A DNA stretch of 32,000 bases from Nitrosospira multiformis ATCC 25196. GTDB taxonomy: Bacteria > Pseudomonadota > Gammaproteobacteria > Burkholderiales > Nitrosomonadaceae. Shown in pieces: positions 28,752 to 32,000 of the stretch. The notes below the pieces were generated by a model. It saw nothing but the letters and a program-made list of their open reading frames with translations. It made no database searches and was not told the DNA's origin. Every line of letters starts with the position of its first letter. Position 1 is the stretch's first letter. The DNA is taken from the NCBI RefSeq assembly GCF_000196355.1, contig NC_007614.1, positions 1,980,001-2,012,000 on the forward strand, given 5' to 3'. The translations under genes and the position numbers were made by a program.

Positions 28752-29480
28752 ATGAACGTAGATAAACAACGGCAGGAAGCACAACCCGCTTTTGTGTTGC
28801 ATAGCTATCCTTATCTTGAAACCAGCCTTATCGTGGAAGTTTTCACGCAAAATTCCGGGCGCATTGCCGTGGTTGCGAAAGGCGCCAAGCGGCCGACATC
28901 TCCACTACGGGGATTGCTGCGCGCATTCCAGCCTCTCCTGCTGAGCTGGGGAGGAAAGTCCGAATTACGCACTTTGCATAAGGCGGAATGGCAAGGTGGA
29001 CAATTACCCTTACAGGGAACTGCCCTGATATGCGGATTTTATCTCAATGAACTTTTGATACGGCTATTGCACCGCAATGATCCGCACGAGCGATTATTTG
29101 CCTGCTATCAGGAGGCCTTGTCCGATCTGAGTACGGCAAGTGATTATATTCCCATACTGCGCCGCTTCGAGCAGCGTCTCCTGCAGGAAATGGGTTATGC
29201 CTTGACGCTCGATCACGATGTTTCATCAGGAAAACCGATTAAACCAACCCAGATGTACTGCTACGAAATCGAGCGCGGCCCCATTGCGTCGAGCAACGGC
29301 AGCTGCCCCTTTAATCTCGAGTTAAGTGGAAAAACACTGCTGGATATGTATCAGGGAGACTATTTAGCGCCATTGACCCGTCTGCAGAGCAGGATCCTGA
29401 TGCGCCACCTTCTCAGCCACTATCTGGGAGATAAGCCATTACATACACGCCAGTTACTGAAAGAGTTTCAGCAATTGTAA
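28752..29480 (+). CDS. recO: DNA repair protein RecO
   Basis: 242 aa; QEAQPAFVLHSYPYLETSLIVEVFTQNSGRIAVVAKGAKRPTSPLRGLLRAFQPLLLSWGGKSELRTL; downstream of era as in many Proteobacteria. Confidence 0.94.
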   Translation: MNVDKQRQEAQPAFVLHSYPYLETSLIVEVFTQNSGRIAVVAKGAKRPTSPLRGLLRAFQPLLLSWGGKSELRTLHKAEWQGGQLPLQGTALICGFYLNELLIRLLHRNDPHERLFACYQEALSDLSTASDYIPILRRFEQRLLQEMGYALTLDHDVSSGKPIKPTQMYCYEIERGPIASSNGSCPFNLELSGKTLLDMYQGDYLAPLTRLQSRILMRHLLSHYLGDKPLHTRQLLKEFQQL

Positions 29481-29793
29481 TGCTCATCCCTGAGGAACAG
29501 GACGAAGTCAGCAGGCGACAGAGGGTAAACCATCCTCACGGAAGAGTGCGGCGCTGTGTTCAGCGTAGAATCCCCAGCCTTTATTTAGATCGCTTTGCTT
29601 CTGGATATCCCCAATCAAGCCGCCGCGCGAGCTCATGCCGCCGCGCGAAAATAACGGTATTTCATATCTCAAAATACCATTGAATGTCATCTGAGCCATT
29701 ACACACCTGTCAGAGACGGCAGAAATGGCGGCAGCCGATTCACGAGCTAGGGTCTGCTAACCCCTTTCTGACATGCTCGACTCCCTGTATGTT

Positions 29794-30234
29794 TCATGTA
29801 AACAAGAGGTAAATTGCCAGCAGAAATCCTATGGTAGCAACCGATAAAGACAGGAACGATGAGAGCCAGGGTAAGGACAGCTTGGGCAGATCCTCAAGCG
29901 GCAACGAGCTTACATAATATCTGTGATTGAGCAATGCGCCGAGAATGGTCGCGGTGCCTGAGAGCACAAGAATAATGCCGAATACACCGGAGAGCCCATG
30001 AGCGCTGGCAGCACCTCCATTTCTGGAAATCCCCCCGGAAGCCACAAGAAGATTCAGAAACAGACCGAAGCGGGCGACGACGAAACCAAGCGCGATGACC
30101 GTCAACCCCGTGCGCACCCATGCTAAAAGTGTCCGCTCCGCCGCGAAGAAAACGCGCGGGTCCGACATTTTCTCCGAATCACCCTTTCCCCCTTGCAGGT
30201 TTTCAGACGCGGGATTTATAGTCGCCCTCTTCAA
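29794..30234 (-). CDS. DUF202-family inner-membrane protein (YidH-like); start could instead be the internal Met at 30168
   Basis: DPRVFFAAERTLLAWVRTGLTVIALGFVVARFGLF is the DUF202 signature; three hydrophobic segments. Confidence 0.85.
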   Translation of the reverse strand: MKRATINPASENLQGGKGDSEKMSDPRVFFAAERTLLAWVRTGLTVIALGFVVARFGLFLNLLVASGGISRNGGAASAHGLSGVFGIILVLSGTATILGALLNHRYYVSSLPLEDLPKLSLPWLSSFLSLSVATIGFLLAIYLLFT

Positions 30235-30457
30235 TCAAATACGGGCCGGTCAGGAGTAACGACCCAAAGAATAATGTCCCCAAAGGCAATCAACTTGGCG
30301 ATCCGCTTTTATGTACATAGTGTCTTCGCTGCACACGCTATTATAATATAGTCATTTTTTGCCCGGTCTCTCCTGCCTCTTCCAGATGTGCGGGAGAGCA
30401 AATATCATTCAGGCAATCATTGAAAAAAAGCCGAATCAGGAAAACTCTCCCACTATC

Positions 30458-31183
30458 ATGATCAAACTCGGCGTTAATATCGATCACGTCGCCACCTTGC
30501 GCCAAGCGCGCGGTACAACCTATCCCGATCCGATAGAGGCGGCACTCATTGCCGAATCGGCCGGAGCAGATGCCATCACCTTGCACTTGCGCGAAGACCG
30601 GCGCCACATACAGGATAGAGACGTGGAAATCCTGCGCGGCGCCCTCAAGACCCGCATGAATCTGGAGAGCGCGGTCACGGATGAAATGATCGGATTTGCG
30701 CTGCGCATCAAACCCCATGATATCTGCCTTGTGCCGGAACGGCGCGAAGAATTGACAACCGAAGGCGGACTCGATGTGGCACGGCATTTCGAGCAAGTAC
30801 AACGCGCATGCCACAGGCTGGCTGAAGCCGGTATCCGGGTTTCACTCTTCGTCGATGCCGAGCCCGCGCAGATCGATGCGTCCGTCGAGGCAGGGGCACC
30901 GGTCATCGAAATTCACACTGGACATTACGCCGATGCGCAAACGACGGACGAGCAGCAAGGCGAGCTGGAGCGGGTCAGGGCGGCGGTAAGCAAGGGCCTG
31001 AACCACGGACTCACGGTCAACGCCGGGCACGGATTGCATTACCTGAATGTTCAGGCAATCGCCGCAATCCCTGGCGTGTCGGAGCTCAACATCGGGCACG
31101 CGATCGTGGCTCGTGCATTGTTCGTGGGCTTCGAGCGGGCAGTCCGGGAAATGAAAAACCTGATGCTGGAAGCATGTAAATGA
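30458..31183 (+). CDS. pdxJ: Pyridoxine 5'-phosphate synthase
   Basis: [56 protein letters not shown]; C-terminal [11 protein letters not shown]; start revised from track 30359. Confidence 0.96.
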   Translation: MIKLGVNIDHVATLRQARGTTYPDPIEAALIAESAGADAITLHLREDRRHIQDRDVEILRGALKTRMNLESAVTDEMIGFALRIKPHDICLVPERREELTTEGGLDVARHFEQVQRACHRLAEAGIRVSLFVDAEPAQIDASVEAGAPVIEIHTGHYADAQTTDEQQGELERVRAAVSKGLNHGLTVNAGHGLHYLNVQAIAAIPGVSELNIGHAIVARALFVGFERAVREMKNLMLEACK

Positions 31184-31557
31184 TCTATGGGATCGGAACC
31201 GATCTGGTTGAAACCTCGCGTATTACGCGCCTGCTGGAAAAATACGGAGAGCGTTTCGCCCGGCGCCTGCTGACAGACGAGGAGTGGCCGGAATATGCAA
31301 AAAGCATGCAGCCCGCAATGTTCCTGGCAAAGCGTTTTGCCGCCAAGGAAGCCCTCGCCAAAGCCTTTGGCACGGGTATCCGTCATCCTGTCAGCCTGAG
31401 CCATATCGGAGTAACCCATGATACCCTGGGCAAACCCTATTTCAAATTCCACCCTGAATTGCATACCCTCGTCCAAAACGAAGGCATCACCCGTCACCAT
31501 CTCTCCATCAGTGACGAGTTGAACCTCGCTTGCGCTTTTGTCATATTGGAAAAATAA
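31180..31557 (+). CDS. acpS: Holo-[acyl-carrier-protein] synthase
   Basis: [55 protein letters not shown]; ATGA overlap with pdxJ. Confidence 0.95.
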   Translation: MIYGIGTDLVETSRITRLLEKYGERFARRLLTDEEWPEYAKSMQPAMFLAKRFAAKEALAKAFGTGIRHPVSLSHIGVTHDTLGKPYFKFHPELHTLVQNEGITRHHLSISDELNLACAFVILEK

Positions 31558-32000
31558 ATGTCGCTCGGTCCCGTCATACTCGATATCGAAGGCACGCAAC
31601 TCACCGCCAACGATAAGAAAAAACTCCGGCACCCGCTGGTTGGAGGGGTGATCCTGTTCACGCGCAACTATTCCTCGCTTGCGCAACTCATGCATCTGAC
31701 TGCTGAAATCCATGCGCTGCGAACGCCGCCACTCCTGGTCGCCGTCGATCACGAAGGAGGCAGAGTTCAACGTTTCCGGGAAGATTTCACGCGCCTGCCC
31801 CCCATGCGAGAACTGGGCAGGATCTGGGATGAGCATCCTGCCCAGGCGCGGCATCTGGCGCATGAGGCGGGATATGTCCTGGCGGCGGAACTACGGGCTG
31901 CGGGCGTGGACTTCAGTTTTACACCGGTCCTGGATATGGATTATGGCCAAAGCAGCGTCATCCGCGACCGTGCTTTTCACCGTGACCCGCAAGCCATTGC
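31558..32000 (+). CDS. nagZ: Beta-N-acetylhexosaminidase (GH3), N-terminal part, truncated by the right edge
   Basis: Not in the ORF track. Translation [83 protein letters not shown]...[10 protein letters not shown] is NagZ; ATG directly abuts the acpS TAA. Confidence 0.95.
   Translation, partial: MSLGPVILDIEGTQLTANDKKKLRHPLVGGVILFTRNYSSLAQLMHLTAEIHALRTPPLLVAVDHEGGRVQRFREDFTRLPPMRELGRIWDEHPAQARHLAHEAGYVLAAELRAAGVDFSFTPVLDMDYGQSSVIRDRAFHRDPQAI

Noticed and set aside
31051-31863. 270-aa minus-strand ORF
   Set aside because: Antisense to pdxJ 3' end, acpS and nagZ, all clearly coding on the plus strand.

Overview
This 32 kb window looks like betaproteobacterial chromosome. Gene order and protein style suggest a nitrifier such as Nitrosospira, but that is inference only. 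Minus strand, left to right: a Pel-type exopolysaccharide operon (pelF truncated at the left edge, pelE, pelD, a pelB-like TPR gene, pelA), with nested 4-bp ATGA junctions. It has no pelC, and its PelB-like protein seems to lack the C-terminal outer-membrane beta-barrel. The middle holds ygfZ/ygfX, a cysB-type regulator, an MsbA-like ABC exporter, a zinc-dependent PLC-like protein coupled to a small lipoprotein, nadB, a CDF metal transporter and a Cys-rich four-helix copper-binding (Csp/DUF326-like) protein. The right half is the conserved rpoE-rseA-rseB-mucD-glutaredoxin-lepA-lepB-rnc-era-recO-//-pdxJ-acpS-nagZ series, with nagZ truncated at the right edge. The strongest non-coding signal is a perfect 130-bp tandem array (4 identical units plus a degenerate fifth) filling the era-recO spacer. 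Other items are a ~189-bp inverted-repeat-bounded element between the Csp-like gene and rpoE, a candidate sigma-E promoter before rpoE, and a 13-bp perfect hairpin before lepA. I found no CRISPR array, rRNA, tRNA, prophage or recognisable defence system. The best candidate for something undescribed is the outer-membrane-exporter-less Gram-negative Pel locus.
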